DNA of 64,000 nt from Patescibacteria group bacterium (GCA_038064915.1 JBBTSB010000009.1:20773-84772), one strand, 5' to 3'; shown: positions 17,700-27,846, counted from the first letter of the stretch. Made by a program: numbers and translations. The notes: generated from the sequence alone by a model not told the origin.

Positions 17700-18233
17700 T
17701 CAGTTGGTCGTGTCAATTTTACCGGAAGTATACACCGATATTTTTGTTCCCGTCCCAGATCCTGCACCCTGTTGGAGAACAATCTCGATCACGGAAGGTG
17801 GCTGCGACGAGGAAGAACTCCCCCCGATGTACGTCGTTGGGTGGGGAGGAGCAAAAAAGATATCAAAAAAGCTACTCTTAATCATAAGACGGGTATTGCT
17901 CAACTGTTTCTGTTCTATAATACGGTCGCCAGCGGCGTTGTACAAACCGGTGTCGCAGGGTGTTGCGTAGGGTCGTGCAAATAATAGATAGGTCCGAACA
18001 TCAACATAATGAACACCGAATCCGCAGGTGGGAAGTCCCTGGTATGAACTCCCCGCAAGAGCCATGGACTGCATACGCCTGATATCAGCGCTGACAATAT
18101 TTGCGGATTGATTGCGCGCCGTGGCATTGGAGGAAGAAGAGCGAAAATTATACACCAAAATACCTGAAAACGAAGCGATGATCGCCATAACTATAAGCAA
18201 CTCAATCAGATTAAAACCGCGAGAGTATTTCAT
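17700..18233 (-). CDS. Prepilin-type N-terminal cleavage/methylation domain protein (minor pilin)
   Basis: RGFNLIELLIVMAIIA. Start placed at MKYSRGF. Confidence 0.6.
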   Translation of the reverse strand: MKYSRGFNLIELLIVMAIIASFSGILVYNFRSSSSNATARNQSANIVSADIRRMQSMALAGSSYQGLPTCGFGVHYVDVRTYLLFARPYATPCDTGLYNAAGDRIIEQKQLSNTRLMIKSSFFDIFFAPPHPTTYIGGSSSSSQPPSVIEIVLQQGAGSGTGTKISVYTSGKIDTTN

Positions 18234-18912
18234 GAATCGGCGCTTGCAGTGACGCAACGAGAACTGCTCCAAATGCAAGCAACGTGCCAAAGGGAAGCTG
18301 TGTTTTCATGGTCGCCTTCTTTAATACTAGCAAAATAGACCCCAAAAGTCCCCCCACAATAACTGCAACATAAAAAACAACCAACGCATCGGGAAAGCCA
18401 AACAACAGTCCCAAAACACCTGCCAGTTTCACATCTCCAAAACCGATCCATCGTCCCCGAGAAAAAAACCAAAGAAGAAAGAAGAAAAGCGCAGCCGCGA
18501 AAGCAAAAATAACAGCATCCCATGATCGATGATTCACCAGTGCAAGAAGCACAATCGGTACCAAAAGCATGTCGGGAATAAGAAAATGCTGCAGATCAAT
18601 TACAGAGATTACGAGAAGCAATGCAATCGCTGCAAGCATAAGCGGCTGTTGCCACAAAAGAACAAAAAGCAGTCCCGAAATCAATTCGATCAGCGGATAC
18701 TGCAACGAAATTCGCTCCGAACAGTAGCGGCAATGGCCACGAAGTAAGACAAAACTCACCAATGGAACAAGATCGTACCAAACAAGCCGGTGACCGCAGT
18801 ACGGGCAATGCGAACGTCCCGCAAAGAAACCTTCGCCATGCGGGATTCGATATATGAGCACATTTAAGAAGCTGCCAACGATGAGCCCGAAAGCGAAGTA
18901 AACAGCAAGCAC
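18211..18912 (-). CDS. pilD: Prepilin peptidase (A24 family) PilD
   Basis: N-terminal CxxC...CxxC and the polytopic A24 peptidase core. Confidence 0.85.
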   Translation of the reverse strand: MLAVYFAFGLIVGSFLNVLIYRIPHGEGFFAGRSHCPYCGHRLVWYDLVPLVSFVLLRGHCRYCSERISLQYPLIELISGLLFVLLWQQPLMLAAIALLLVISVIDLQHFLIPDMLLVPIVLLALVNHRSWDAVIFAFAAALFFFLLWFFSRGRWIGFGDVKLAGVLGLLFGFPDALVVFYVAVIVGGLLGSILLVLKKATMKTQLPFGTLLAFGAVLVASLQAPIHEILSRF

Positions 18913-18914
18913 GC

Positions 18915-19367
18915 CTATTTTATACCAAGATCAAAGAGAAAATCTGGGCTATCTGCGCCGGACTCAGCACCCGTCCATTCTGAACCGGTAAAATCAGCAT
19001 CCCCACCAAGCAAAGCGGCATTTTTATTTTCGAGTTTCGCAACAATTTGGTACTTGGTCTTTCCCGAGTCAACGTGGTACTTGTAGTCTACGTTTGTTGA
19101 GGGATCTTTCGGCGCTGCCCCTGACTGGAAGAATTTACCCATGTCTGGATCACCGAGAGTTGCGGGGTATACTCCATTTTCATCATAATATTCTTCCACG
19201 GCAGTACGAATTTGACTCACATCGGTTCCCCGTCTCGTGTCACGCGCTTTTCCACGAGCAGTATTGAGCTGTAGCAAGAGCAACGTCGCCAAGATGCCGA
19301 TGATAGCGATAACGACCAAGAGTTCAACGAGAGTAAAACCTCGAGAAAAAGTGAGTTTTTTCATAGT
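18915..19367 (-). CDS. pilA: Type IV major pilin (PilA-like)
   Basis: MKKLTFSRGFTLVELLVVIAIIGILA class III signal peptide; about 150 aa. Confidence 0.7.
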   Translation of the reverse strand, partial: TMKKLTFSRGFTLVELLVVIAIIGILATLLLLQLNTARGKARDTRRGTDVSQIRTAVEEYYDENGVYPATLGDPDMGKFFQSGAAPKDPSTNVDYKYHVDSGKTKYQIVAKLENKNAALLGGDADFTGSEWTGAESGADSPDFLFDLGIK

Positions 19368-19373
19368 GATTGT

Positions 19374-19401
19374 ATTATACCGCAAGCAAAGCTCTCTGCA
19401 A
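19374..19401 (-). promoter_or_regulatory. Candidate sigma-70 promoter for the major pilin gene (TTGCAG, 16 nt spacer, TATAAT), with a very short or absent leader
   Basis: Read on the minus strand. The -10 element lies about 8 nt upstream of the ATG and there is no SD. Confidence 0.3.
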
Positions 19402-19417
19402 TACCAGTTACCCACAC

Positions 19418-20626
19418 CTACACGGCGTTGATGAGGCTGTAGATCGGCAGTAGCACGGCGGCAACAAGTCCCCCGACACCGATACCAAGAAGAAGTATCA
19501 AGAGCGGCTCGATGAGCTGGGAAAGGTTGGCGACGTCATTTTCCGCTTCCGTTTTATAGAACTTGAGGATATGTTGCAGCATAAAATCTGTGCGACCAGT
19601 CCGTTCCCCCGTGGAGATCATAGAACTTACCAACGAGGGAAATTCAGGGTGCTGCTGAAGCATAGCAGAAAGTGTTCCCCCGCTCTGAATGCTTGTTCGA
19701 GCTTCCATAAGTATTTTCTTGTAAACCTCATTGCCCACGACGTTTGCCGTAATTTCTACACCTTCCAAAATCGGTACTCCAGCATGGATCAGCGTGGAAA
19801 GCGTTTCGGCAATACGGGCAATGTATAGGTCACGTATAATCTTCCCAAACTTTGGAATATGAATTTTAAAGCGATCAAATGCCTGTCGTCCCTGTTCCGT
19901 ACGCACATAGGAAATCCCTCCGGCACAAGCAAGGAGAAAACCAACCACCAGCAAAAATATATACTTGGTAAAAAAATCGGTCGTACCGATCAGGATACGT
20001 GTAGGAAGAGGAAGTTCCGTCACGCCGGAATCTCTGATGATCGTCAACAGTTGTGGTATGACGGTTGTCATCATAACAATCGAAACCACCACAAGAGAAA
20101 GTAATACAAAGGCTGGATAAAACATGGCACCCCGAATTTTTGAATTCAAGGATGCGGTTCGCTCAAGATAATCCGCAAGGTAGCTCAACGTTTCTTGCAT
20201 CTTGCCAGCAACTTCGCCAACGTGAATCATGCTCGTAAAAAAATTGTCGAACACGCGCTCGTGCTCGGCGAACGCCGTGGAAAGTGAGGCCCCGCCTTCG
20301 ATATTGCCAATCACAACACCAATAATTTTTCGAAAAGAATTTCGTTCCGTTTGCTTGTAGAGTATGTTCAAACCTTCTAGCAGTGGAACATCGGCTTCGA
20401 TCAGCGTAGCAAGTTGTCGAGTGAAGACAATGAGATCTTTCCGCGATGGTCGATTGAAAAATGAAAAAAGATCAGCCTGAAAAATACCCCGTTCCATTGT
20501 ACGAACTGAGAGAACAAGCAATTCTTTCTGCTGAAGCGACGTCACCGCCTGATCTTCCGACGGCGCATCAATCGTCCCTTCAACGACCTTCCCAGTCGTA
20601 TCGCGTGCTTGGTAATAAAAATCCAT
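19418..20626 (-). CDS. pilC: Type IV pilus assembly platform protein PilC (GspF family)
   Basis: Two T2SS F domains; polytopic membrane protein. Confidence 0.85.
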   Translation of the reverse strand: MDFYYQARDTTGKVVEGTIDAPSEDQAVTSLQQKELLVLSVRTMERGIFQADLFSFFNRPSRKDLIVFTRQLATLIEADVPLLEGLNILYKQTERNSFRKIIGVVIGNIEGGASLSTAFAEHERVFDNFFTSMIHVGEVAGKMQETLSYLADYLERTASLNSKIRGAMFYPAFVLLSLVVVSIVMMTTVIPQLLTIIRDSGVTELPLPTRILIGTTDFFTKYIFLLVVGFLLACAGGISYVRTEQGRQAFDRFKIHIPKFGKIIRDLYIARIAETLSTLIHAGVPILEGVEITANVVGNEVYKKILMEARTSIQSGGTLSAMLQQHPEFPSLVSSMISTGERTGRTDFMLQHILKFYKTEAENDVANLSQLIEPLLILLLGIGVGGLVAAVLLPIYSLINAV

Positions 20627-20710
20627 CCCGTTAGAAGCCCCAAATTATTGTGATATTCGACATAGCGTGGTTGATAGCCCGTTAGGGTAGCTTCTAACGG
20701 GATCCATACC

Positions 20711-21781
20711 TTATTTCAAAAGCGTCTGAAGCGAGGTGATGTTGGGAGAATAGAACTTTGCTTGCTCCAACGAAATCAATTTGTTGCGTACCAATAAAGC
20801 GAGTGATTGGTTGAGCGATATCATTCCAGCTTGTGCGCCGGTTTCAATGGCAAGATTGAGCTGTTCAATTTTGCTTTCCCGAATAAGATTTCGTACGGCC
20901 GTACTAGCGATCATGACCTCTACCGCCGGTATGAGCCCCCCTCGCATGCCGGGTATCAAACGTTGTGAGATGACACCGGAAAGCGAATTTGCGAGCTGGC
21001 TAACGATTTGGCGCTGTTGGTTGGGTGGAAAAATATCAATGATGCGCTCTATGGTTTGAGCGGCATCATTGGTATGGATGGACCCCAGTACCAAATGTCC
21101 TGTTTCTGCGGCCGTCACTGCCGCACTGATGGTATCGTAGTCTCGCAATTCCCCTACCATAATGACATTGGCATTTTCGCGAAACGTGGAACGCAAAGCG
21201 CCGGCAAACGTCAGCGTGTCGCTTCCCACTTCGCGCTGATCGATGATACTTCTCTCAGGGTTAAAAATGTACTCTATCGGATCTTCAATGGTGATAATCT
21301 TTTCAGTGCGCTCCATATTGATCGCCTGGATAATTGCCGCACATGTTGTTGATTTACCATGGCCTGTGGGTCCGGCCACCAGAACAAATCCTTGGGAAAG
21401 CTTGGTAAAAATTTTGATTTGGTCCGGCAAATGCAAGTCCGCGATACTGCGAATTTCGTTGCTGACGTACCGAAGAACCGCCGCTTGATTTCCACGCGTT
21501 TCATAAATATTGACACGAAATCGAAGATCTTGGCCAAGCTGGTAGCTAAAATCAGCCTCCAGTGTTTTTTCAAATCTTGCTTTGCGATCTTTGCCCAGAA
21601 GAGCCGCCACCATTCCTTCAATATCCGTCTTACTCAAGATTTTTTGATCCGACAGCGGTACCAAAGCGCCATCGATACGGAGGGTTGGATAGTACCCCGG
21701 CGATAAGTGAATGTCCGACGCGCCCTTCTGCACGCCGGTGGTCAACAGATCATCAAGTTGTGATTGGTAATTTTCAGCCAC
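20711..21781 (-). CDS. pilT: Twitching motility ATPase PilT
   Basis: GPTGHGKSTT Walker A and PilT-type C-terminal region. GTG start. Confidence 0.85.
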   Translation of the reverse strand: MAENYQSQLDDLLTTGVQKGASDIHLSPGYYPTLRIDGALVPLSDQKILSKTDIEGMVAALLGKDRKARFEKTLEADFSYQLGQDLRFRVNIYETRGNQAAVLRYVSNEIRSIADLHLPDQIKIFTKLSQGFVLVAGPTGHGKSTTCAAIIQAINMERTEKIITIEDPIEYIFNPERSIIDQREVGSDTLTFAGALRSTFRENANVIMVGELRDYDTISAAVTAAETGHLVLGSIHTNDAAQTIERIIDIFPPNQQRQIVSQLANSLSGVISQRLIPGMRGGLIPAVEVMIASTAVRNLIRESKIEQLNLAIETGAQAGMISLNQSLALLVRNKLISLEQAKFYSPNITSLQTLLK

Positions 21782-22012
21782 GTTGTGTTTATTTTACCAC
21801 CTTATCTCATATGAAAGAAACTTTTGTTACCAACATATTGACTATTTATATAAAACATGCTATTATTATTTTCGGCCAAAAGACATCCAACCGGCCAGGA
21901 GGTAACGGTCCGAGCAAGCCCGCGCGAATGGGACGTCTGGGACACGGTGACCGACAGGAAGGTCACCATTCTGAGGATGACAGCTCGAGAATTTATTCTG
22001 TCGTCCGCAAAA

Positions 22013-22044
22013 TAAAAACCATCAGCCACCGCTGATGGTTTTTA
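22013..22044 (-). terminator. Rho-independent terminator after pilB (AAAACCATCAGC-CACC-GCTGATGGTTTT)
   Basis: Perfect 12 bp stem with A/T arms, so it is bidirectional. Confidence 0.6.
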
Positions 22045-23775
22045 TTATGTTACCGTTTCTTCATCCCCTGCTTGGGCGACTTGCAACAACTCTTCCATGG
22101 AGGTGATTCCTTTTAATACTTTCAATATACCATCCTGATACATGGTGACCATACCTTGGCGCTTGGCTTCGTCGCGGAGTTTTTCTTCGGAGAGATCGGT
22201 GAGAATGATACGTTCCAGCTCATCGGTCATTTCTAACGTTTCCAAAATAGCCACACGACCGTGGTATGCCCGATTGTTGCATTCTTTGCATCCCGGACCT
22301 GCCCGACAGATTTTGAATGGCGGTTTTGCCTTTACGGCATCCGTAATCATTTTTGTTTCACTCGGCGTTGCGTCTACAGGCACCTTGCACGAGTCACAAA
22401 GTTTGCGGAGCAAACGCTGTGCGGCGGCAAGATTGAGTGAGGGCGCGATCAGATACTTTTCAACTCCCATATCCACGAGGCGCGGAATCACACCGATCGT
22501 ATTGTTGGTATGAAGCGTCGAAAGCACGACGTGTCCAGTCAACGACGCCTGCGTGGCCAGGGTGGCGGTTTCTTTATCGCGTATTTCCCCCACCATAATA
22601 ACATCCGGATCTTGGCGAAGGATGTGGCGAAGTCCACTCGCAAAAGAATAGCCAATCTCTTCATGAATCTGCGACTGATTGACGCCATCAATATAGTGTT
22701 CAATGGGATCCTCAAGGGTTACGATATTGACCTGATCCTTGTTCATTTGGCGCATAATGGCGGCCAGAGTGGTGGACTTTCCCGAACCCGTAGGTCCTGT
22801 TATAAGGATGGATCCAAACGGTTTGTCAATATTGCGATTCAAAATTTCAATGGTTTTATCCTCAAAACCAAGATCTGCAAGCGTCAAATCCCCCACAAGC
22901 GGATCGAGAATGCGAAGTACAATCTTCTCGCCGTGATGCGTGGGAAACGTGGAAACACGAAAATCCACCGTGCGATCCTGTAACTTCGTGGAAAACCTGC
23001 CATCCTGCGCGAGACGCGATTCATCGATTTTTAGTTCAGCCAAAATTTTAATGCGTGTGACAAGCGCGGAGAGAAGGTTTCCGGGAAGTGAGAGCGCTGT
23101 CTGCAACTCGCCATCCACACGAAATCTCAATCGAATCGAATCTTGAAATGGCTCGATGTGAATATCCGATGCGCGTGTATCCACTGCGTGCTTTATGGTA
23201 GCCGCTACCACCTTGGTAATCGGCGCTTCAGCGGTAAGCTCCGTGAGTTCAATTTCTTTTTCAGAAATCTTCAACTCTTTCTGAGACACATCTTCTGAAA
23301 TAGACTCGAGAGCCTTGCCCACTTCTGACGTGAGGGATAGAAAATTTCCGCTCAACATTCGAAAGTCTTGGTAGGAAATGAGGTACTTCTCGAGGGTCAG
23401 ATTTTCTTCAGAAGAGATAAACTTCAGCGCTTGAAGGGCATCGATGTTTTCAGGATCAACGAGAACAACTTTGAGAAGACCTCCTTCACGGGAAAAAGGA
23501 AGAATACGATAGAACTTTACGGTAGCATCAGAAACTTTTTCAGAAAGTTTCGTATCTATTTCGACTTCAGAAGCTCGAATGATGGGCAGTTTGTAAATCT
23601 GCGCTTTGATTGCCACGAGATCTTCGTCGCTGATAATTCCCCTTTTAATCAACAACTCCCCGAAATCGTGTTCACCGGAAGCCATGTCGGGCTCAAGTTG
23701 CGCAATAAGTTCCTGCGTTATTATGTTACGCTCGATCAATTCATCAACCAGGAGCTGGGGTGCTTTGAGGATCAT
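22045..23775 (-). CDS. pilB: Type IV pilus assembly ATPase PilB (GspE family)
   Basis: N-terminal GSPII_E_N domain, Walker A GPTGSGKSTT and a C-terminal zinc finger. Confidence 0.9.
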   Translation of the reverse strand: MILKAPQLLVDELIERNIITQELIAQLEPDMASGEHDFGELLIKRGIISDEDLVAIKAQIYKLPIIRASEVEIDTKLSEKVSDATVKFYRILPFSREGGLLKVVLVDPENIDALQALKFISSEENLTLEKYLISYQDFRMLSGNFLSLTSEVGKALESISEDVSQKELKISEKEIELTELTAEAPITKVVAATIKHAVDTRASDIHIEPFQDSIRLRFRVDGELQTALSLPGNLLSALVTRIKILAELKIDESRLAQDGRFSTKLQDRTVDFRVSTFPTHHGEKIVLRILDPLVGDLTLADLGFEDKTIEILNRNIDKPFGSILITGPTGSGKSTTLAAIMRQMNKDQVNIVTLEDPIEHYIDGVNQSQIHEEIGYSFASGLRHILRQDPDVIMVGEIRDKETATLATQASLTGHVVLSTLHTNNTIGVIPRLVDMGVEKYLIAPSLNLAAAQRLLRKLCDSCKVPVDATPSETKMITDAVKAKPPFKICRAGPGCKECNNRAYHGRVAILETLEMTDELERIILTDLSEEKLRDEAKRQGMVTMYQDGILKVLKGITSMEELLQVAQAGDEETVT

Positions 23776-24080
23776 TAAAATGGAGCAAAAGGATCCTGCT
23801 TCCCCGTCAAGCCGGGTTGGACAGGATATTCGCCAATGGTCTTTAACGACGTGAATACATTGCTTGAAAAAAGCGCAAAATCAAAATGCAAATCTTTAAA
23901 TTTGAGGAATGACGAATCTTGCAGGGCAGGAGAAATAGGAACCTCAAATGACTCATCACGAACAACCTGTACATAGTAAAAATATCCCGCTACCAAACCA
24001 AGGACAACGATTAGGATAAGGATGAATGTACTGACGTGATGTGGTGTGGTTGATGACATGTTATTTGAGACTATAAGCAT
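23775..24080 (-). CDS. Small membrane protein in the pilus operon (PilP-like?)
   Basis: Single transmembrane segment; no confident family assignment. Confidence 0.4.
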   Translation of the reverse strand: MLIVSNNMSSTTPHHVSTFILILIVVLGLVAGYFYYVQVVRDESFEVPISPALQDSSFLKFKDLHFDFALFSSNVFTSLKTIGEYPVQPGLTGKQDPFAPF

Positions 24081-24588
24081 TCCCCTGAATCATGATCGTA
24101 AGACGGTTACTAAATCCCCCTGACACTTCTTGTTCTGTGATGTCAATCTTGGTTATGTCGTAGAGCCTCAAACTTCGTTCAAGGGTATCAAGGAATGCAA
24201 GGAACGATGGATAGTTCCCGGAAAGCTCTGCTTTTAAAGGAATTACTTGATAGTCCCCCTTACCCTTTTGCGCCTCTCCAATACCCAAGGAGGAAAGTTC
24301 CATTCCATGATCCCTCGCCGCGGCCTGGAAACTCTCCGTCAAATAATCATATTGTTTCTGCTTGGGCAACGCGAGAAGCACCCGTGCAATAGTCGATTCA
24401 TTGGCAGTATATTGATTTCCAAGATCCACGACACTGCGCTGGGCAATTTTCGTATCCTGCAAGAGTGTCTCCCGAGCCTCACGTGACGCCCAAGCTCCAC
24501 GAAGTTCTCGATATTGAGGCAAGCCAAAGGCAAAGAACAAGACACCTTCAATCGCAAACAGTATTGCTGTGATCAACCGTTTATTCAT
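24061..24588 (-). CDS. pilO: PilO-like pilus assembly protein
   Basis: N-terminal transmembrane segment plus periplasmic domain; operon position. Confidence 0.5.
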   Translation of the reverse strand: MNKRLITAILFAIEGVLFFAFGLPQYRELRGAWASREARETLLQDTKIAQRSVVDLGNQYTANESTIARVLLALPKQKQYDYLTESFQAAARDHGMELSSLGIGEAQKGKGDYQVIPLKAELSGNYPSFLAFLDTLERSLRLYDITKIDITEQEVSGGFSNRLTIMIQGNAYSLK

Positions 24589-25150
24589 GGGAAGCTTTTT
24601 TGAGTAAAAAATGATTAGGCTGAAAAACGAGTTTCATGGTAAATTCCACCCGTCCGTTTCCCGCAAGACCAACCTTATCCAGTGTAACATCACTCATAAC
24701 ATCACTCCGATAGAACGAAGCGATTTGCTTGGCTACGGTACTGTAGCTATCAGCAACTGCGTGGAATACGTAGGTTCGTTTTGTGGCGTCTGCAGAAAGA
24801 GACAGGAACGTCACCCTTGGTTCTATGAGTTTTTGAACCTCTCGAAGCCCGTTGACCCATACGGTGTGTGATGAAAGTAGCGTCTCTGTTGCATGTACCT
24901 GTCGTTCGAAATTGAGAAGCTTTTCTTCTTGGTTTTTATCTCGTCTAGCATGGATATCTGCAAGTTGATCGTCTATTCTTTCAATGGAAGATATTGTTTT
25001 GTTCGTCATGAGTTGCAACACTCCCCACACCACAACCAGCACCACAAAAACCACGAGGGCGATGGATAACGATGTATTCTCACCCAAGAAACTTCCAAGT
25101 CTAAAACCTTTTTTGCGTGTAGGGAGAAGTTGTAAATCGCCGTTATTCAT
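24581..25150 (-). CDS. pilN: PilN-like pilus assembly protein
   Basis: Transmembrane segment plus coiled coil; operon position. Confidence 0.5.
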   Translation of the reverse strand: MNNGDLQLLPTRKKGFRLGSFLGENTSLSIALVVFVVLVVVWGVLQLMTNKTISSIERIDDQLADIHARRDKNQEEKLLNFERQVHATETLLSSHTVWVNGLREVQKLIEPRVTFLSLSADATKRTYVFHAVADSYSTVAKQIASFYRSDVMSDVTLDKVGLAGNGRVEFTMKLVFQPNHFLLKKASHE

Positions 25151-26217
25151 ATGTCACGCATAGCCAGACCAATAGATACTACGAACGTAGAATTCAACTC
25201 GGTGCGAAGAGACTCCAGCTCTGGTGGTAGTATAACACGGGCAAGAGAATTGCCTGAAGATACCGGTCTCCCCAGTTTCTCTGAAAAGTATTCGATAAAA
25301 CTGGGCATGTTTGCCAACCCGCCTACGACCAAAATTTTTGTAATCTTCGTTTTACGCTGATCTTCATAGTTATGAATGGTTTTATTGGCCTCAAACGCCA
25401 TCATGTCCACCAGAGAACTCATGGCCTGCCGAATAATATTATCGTCACCACTGCGAATACCAAAGTTGCGCTTAAGCTCTTCCGCTCGCCGCAAGTTGAC
25501 GCCCAGTGCACGTGAGATCGATTTCGTAATTGCAAACCCTCCTACTTCATAGTCGTGGCTCGCACGCTGAAATCCATTCTCAACCACAAGAATGGAGGTA
25601 CTTCTTCCGCCGATGTTAATGATCGCTATGGGGCTCAAATCATTGCCGACGAGCGCTCGAGTAAGAGCAAAATTTTCCAGCTCCAACGCTTTTAGATTCA
25701 GCCCCGCGTCTTTCATGATGGTCTGGTAGCGGGAAACCTCCTCTTTGGGAACGGCAACGAGAAAAACTTCAATGTTGGGCTGACTTTTGGGATCTTGGGA
25801 GACAATTCCGGGTCGTTGGTCTTTGCGAACATTGACAATGGCCCAATCAAGCTGGACTTCTGAAAGCGGGATGGGAATGTATTTTCGAGCTTCAAACGGG
25901 ATTGCTTTGGCCACCTCATCTTCAGAAAGGTACGGCATGGTGATGGTGGTGGAAAATGTAGGAAACGATGGAATAGAGGCAATGACATCGCGGCTTTTCA
26001 TGTGTGCTTTTTGCAAAACTTCCTGGATGCCGCTGACAAGATCTTTGTTGGAAAGTTTTACGACATTGAGCGCCGATTCATCAGGTTCTATTTCAAATGT
26101 TCCATAGTTAGTGAGATTGAAACGGTTTGATTCTTTGGCAAGTTCAACAACCTTGATCGAGGCAGTACCGATATCAATACCAAGCCGGCCTTTTTTGTCG
26201 AAGCTAAAAAATGCCAT
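25147..26217 (-). CDS. pilM: Type IV pilus assembly protein PilM (actin-like ATPase)
   Basis: LGIDIGTASIKVVEL and FtsA/PilM-family architecture. Confidence 0.8.
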   Translation of the reverse strand: MAFFSFDKKGRLGIDIGTASIKVVELAKESNRFNLTNYGTFEIEPDESALNVVKLSNKDLVSGIQEVLQKAHMKSRDVIASIPSFPTFSTTITMPYLSEDEVAKAIPFEARKYIPIPLSEVQLDWAIVNVRKDQRPGIVSQDPKSQPNIEVFLVAVPKEEVSRYQTIMKDAGLNLKALELENFALTRALVGNDLSPIAIINIGGRSTSILVVENGFQRASHDYEVGGFAITKSISRALGVNLRRAEELKRNFGIRSGDDNIIRQAMSSLVDMMAFEANKTIHNYEDQRKTKITKILVVGGLANMPSFIEYFSEKLGRPVSSGNSLARVILPPELESLRTELNSTFVVSIGLAMRDI

Positions 26218-26242
26218 GCAAATAGTATATCATGAAAGGAAG

Positions 26243-26968
26243 ATGCAGAAATCAACATTCTTGGATCTTCTCTTTCCCCGATCCTGTTTGTATTGCAAGA
26301 CACTCCTCCCCACGAGCGAACCCAACACTTATTTATGTTCGTCATGCCGCGGATTCATACCCTGGAATACGGTATCACGCTGTGCATTTTGCCCGCGCGC
26401 AGTAACATTATGGAAAACATGCGAGAAATGCCGACCGGATCATAGCCTTGATCGCCTCCTTGTTGCCACCGATTACCGAGACCCCGTGGTAGAGCGTATG
26501 GTAAAAGCTCTAAAATATCGGTTTGTTCAAGTTGTAGCCAGTGACATTGGTGCCATCATGGCAACGTATTTTGAACAACGGGCGAGTTTAATAGGTCTTG
26601 ATCCAAAAAACTTGACTATCTCCTCCGTTCCCCTTCATCCGCGCCGCCTGCGCTGGCGAGGGTTTAATCAGGCTAAGCTCATCGCAAACGCCATTGGCAA
26701 AGAACTTGGCCTCTCCGTCCGCCATGATCTTCTCAAGCGCACGGTATACAAATCACCTCAAGCTGACATTGAAGATCGAGTGGAAAGGATCAAAAACGCA
26801 GAAAATATCTTTGCGGTCGGTCCGCTCGTAGCGGTCCGACCGCTTACTCGGACCGTACTTCTGGTAGACGATGTCGCCACCACTGCTTCTACGCTCAACA
26901 ACGCCGCCCGCGTCTTGAAGGACGCGGGGGCAAAAAACGTCATTGGGTTTGTTTTCGCGAGAGGCTAG
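26243..26968 (+). CDS. comFC: ComF family protein (ComFC, phosphoribosyltransferase domain)
   Basis: N-terminal Cys pairs (CLYCKT...CSSC) and PRTase motif VLLVDDVATTAST. RBS AAGGAAG. Divergent from pilM. Confidence 0.75.
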   Translation: MQKSTFLDLLFPRSCLYCKTLLPTSEPNTYLCSSCRGFIPWNTVSRCAFCPRAVTLWKTCEKCRPDHSLDRLLVATDYRDPVVERMVKALKYRFVQVVASDIGAIMATYFEQRASLIGLDPKNLTISSVPLHPRRLRWRGFNQAKLIANAIGKELGLSVRHDLLKRTVYKSPQADIEDRVERIKNAENIFAVGPLVAVRPLTRTVLLVDDVATTASTLNNAARVLKDAGAKNVIGFVFARG

Positions 26969-27846
26969 TCCAATAGCGTCTTTGCGATCTTGTTGAGTTC
27001 CTCTAAATTTGCAAATTTAATTTCAATCCGGCCGCCGGTCAGACCAGGCTTGATGGCGACCGAGGTACCGAGGGTACGCGTGAGATTGGATTGTAACTCC
27101 ACGAATCTGGGGTGCACCGCACTGGGGTCTTTGCGCGTTCCATGCACCATTTGCGCGGTACGCTCCAGGTCTTTAGAACCAACACTGCCGGCCAAAAGCT
27201 GTTTAAACATCGTTTGCTGGTGATCGGCGTCTTTAAAAGCTAGTAGAGCTCGCGCATGGGTACGCTCGATTTTTCCCGAACGAATCGCCTCCTTGATGTT
27301 CGCGGGAAGATTCATGACACGAATCGTATTGGCGACGGCCTCGCGGCTCTTGCCGACTTTTTGAGCAATCTGTTCCTGGGTGAGATCAAATTCATTCGCA
27401 AGCCGGTCATAGGCCTCCGCTTCTTCGAGCACATTGAGGTCTTTGCGCTGGATATTTTCCACGAGCGCAACCTCAAGTTTCATGCGACTTTCTTCAAAAT
27501 CATCGCGTACGATCACTGGCACATGGGGAAGGCCGGCCATCTTTGCCGCGCGCCAACGACGTTCGCCAGCTACAATTTCATACTCCACCTCGCGCCCTCG
27601 ATCCGTATCGGTCGCAATACGCGTGACTACCAGCGGCTGGAGAATACCAAACTTTTTTATTGATGACGCGAGCTCGCCCAGTGCATCAAGATCAAAGTCC
27701 TGGCGAGGCTGATTGGCGTTTGGTCGAATGCTGTTGATTTCCACATTGTAGATGTTTTCACCTTTTGTTTGGGCAACCACCGCTGTCGCCCTTTTAGAGG
27801 GAATCAGCGAGGCAAGTCCGCGTCCAAGACTGGATAGTTTTTTCAT
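26965..27846 (-). CDS. parB: Chromosome partitioning protein ParB
   Basis: ParB box (ILQPLVV, GERRWRAAKMAG). Confidence 0.85.
   Translation of the reverse strand: MKKLSSLGRGLASLIPSKRATAVVAQTKGENIYNVEINSIRPNANQPRQDFDLDALGELASSIKKFGILQPLVVTRIATDTDRGREVEYEIVAGERRWRAAKMAGLPHVPVIVRDDFEESRMKLEVALVENIQRKDLNVLEEAEAYDRLANEFDLTQEQIAQKVGKSREAVANTIRVMNLPANIKEAIRSGKIERTHARALLAFKDADHQQTMFKQLLAGSVGSKDLERTAQMVHGTRKDPSAVHPRFVELQSNLTRTLGTSVAIKPGLTGGRIEIKFANLEELNKIAKTLLD

Noticed and set aside
21802-22029. 75-aa ORF in the pilB-pilT spacer
   Set aside because: It starts inside the pilB terminator hairpin, has no RBS, and has an odd composition. More likely non-coding structured RNA.
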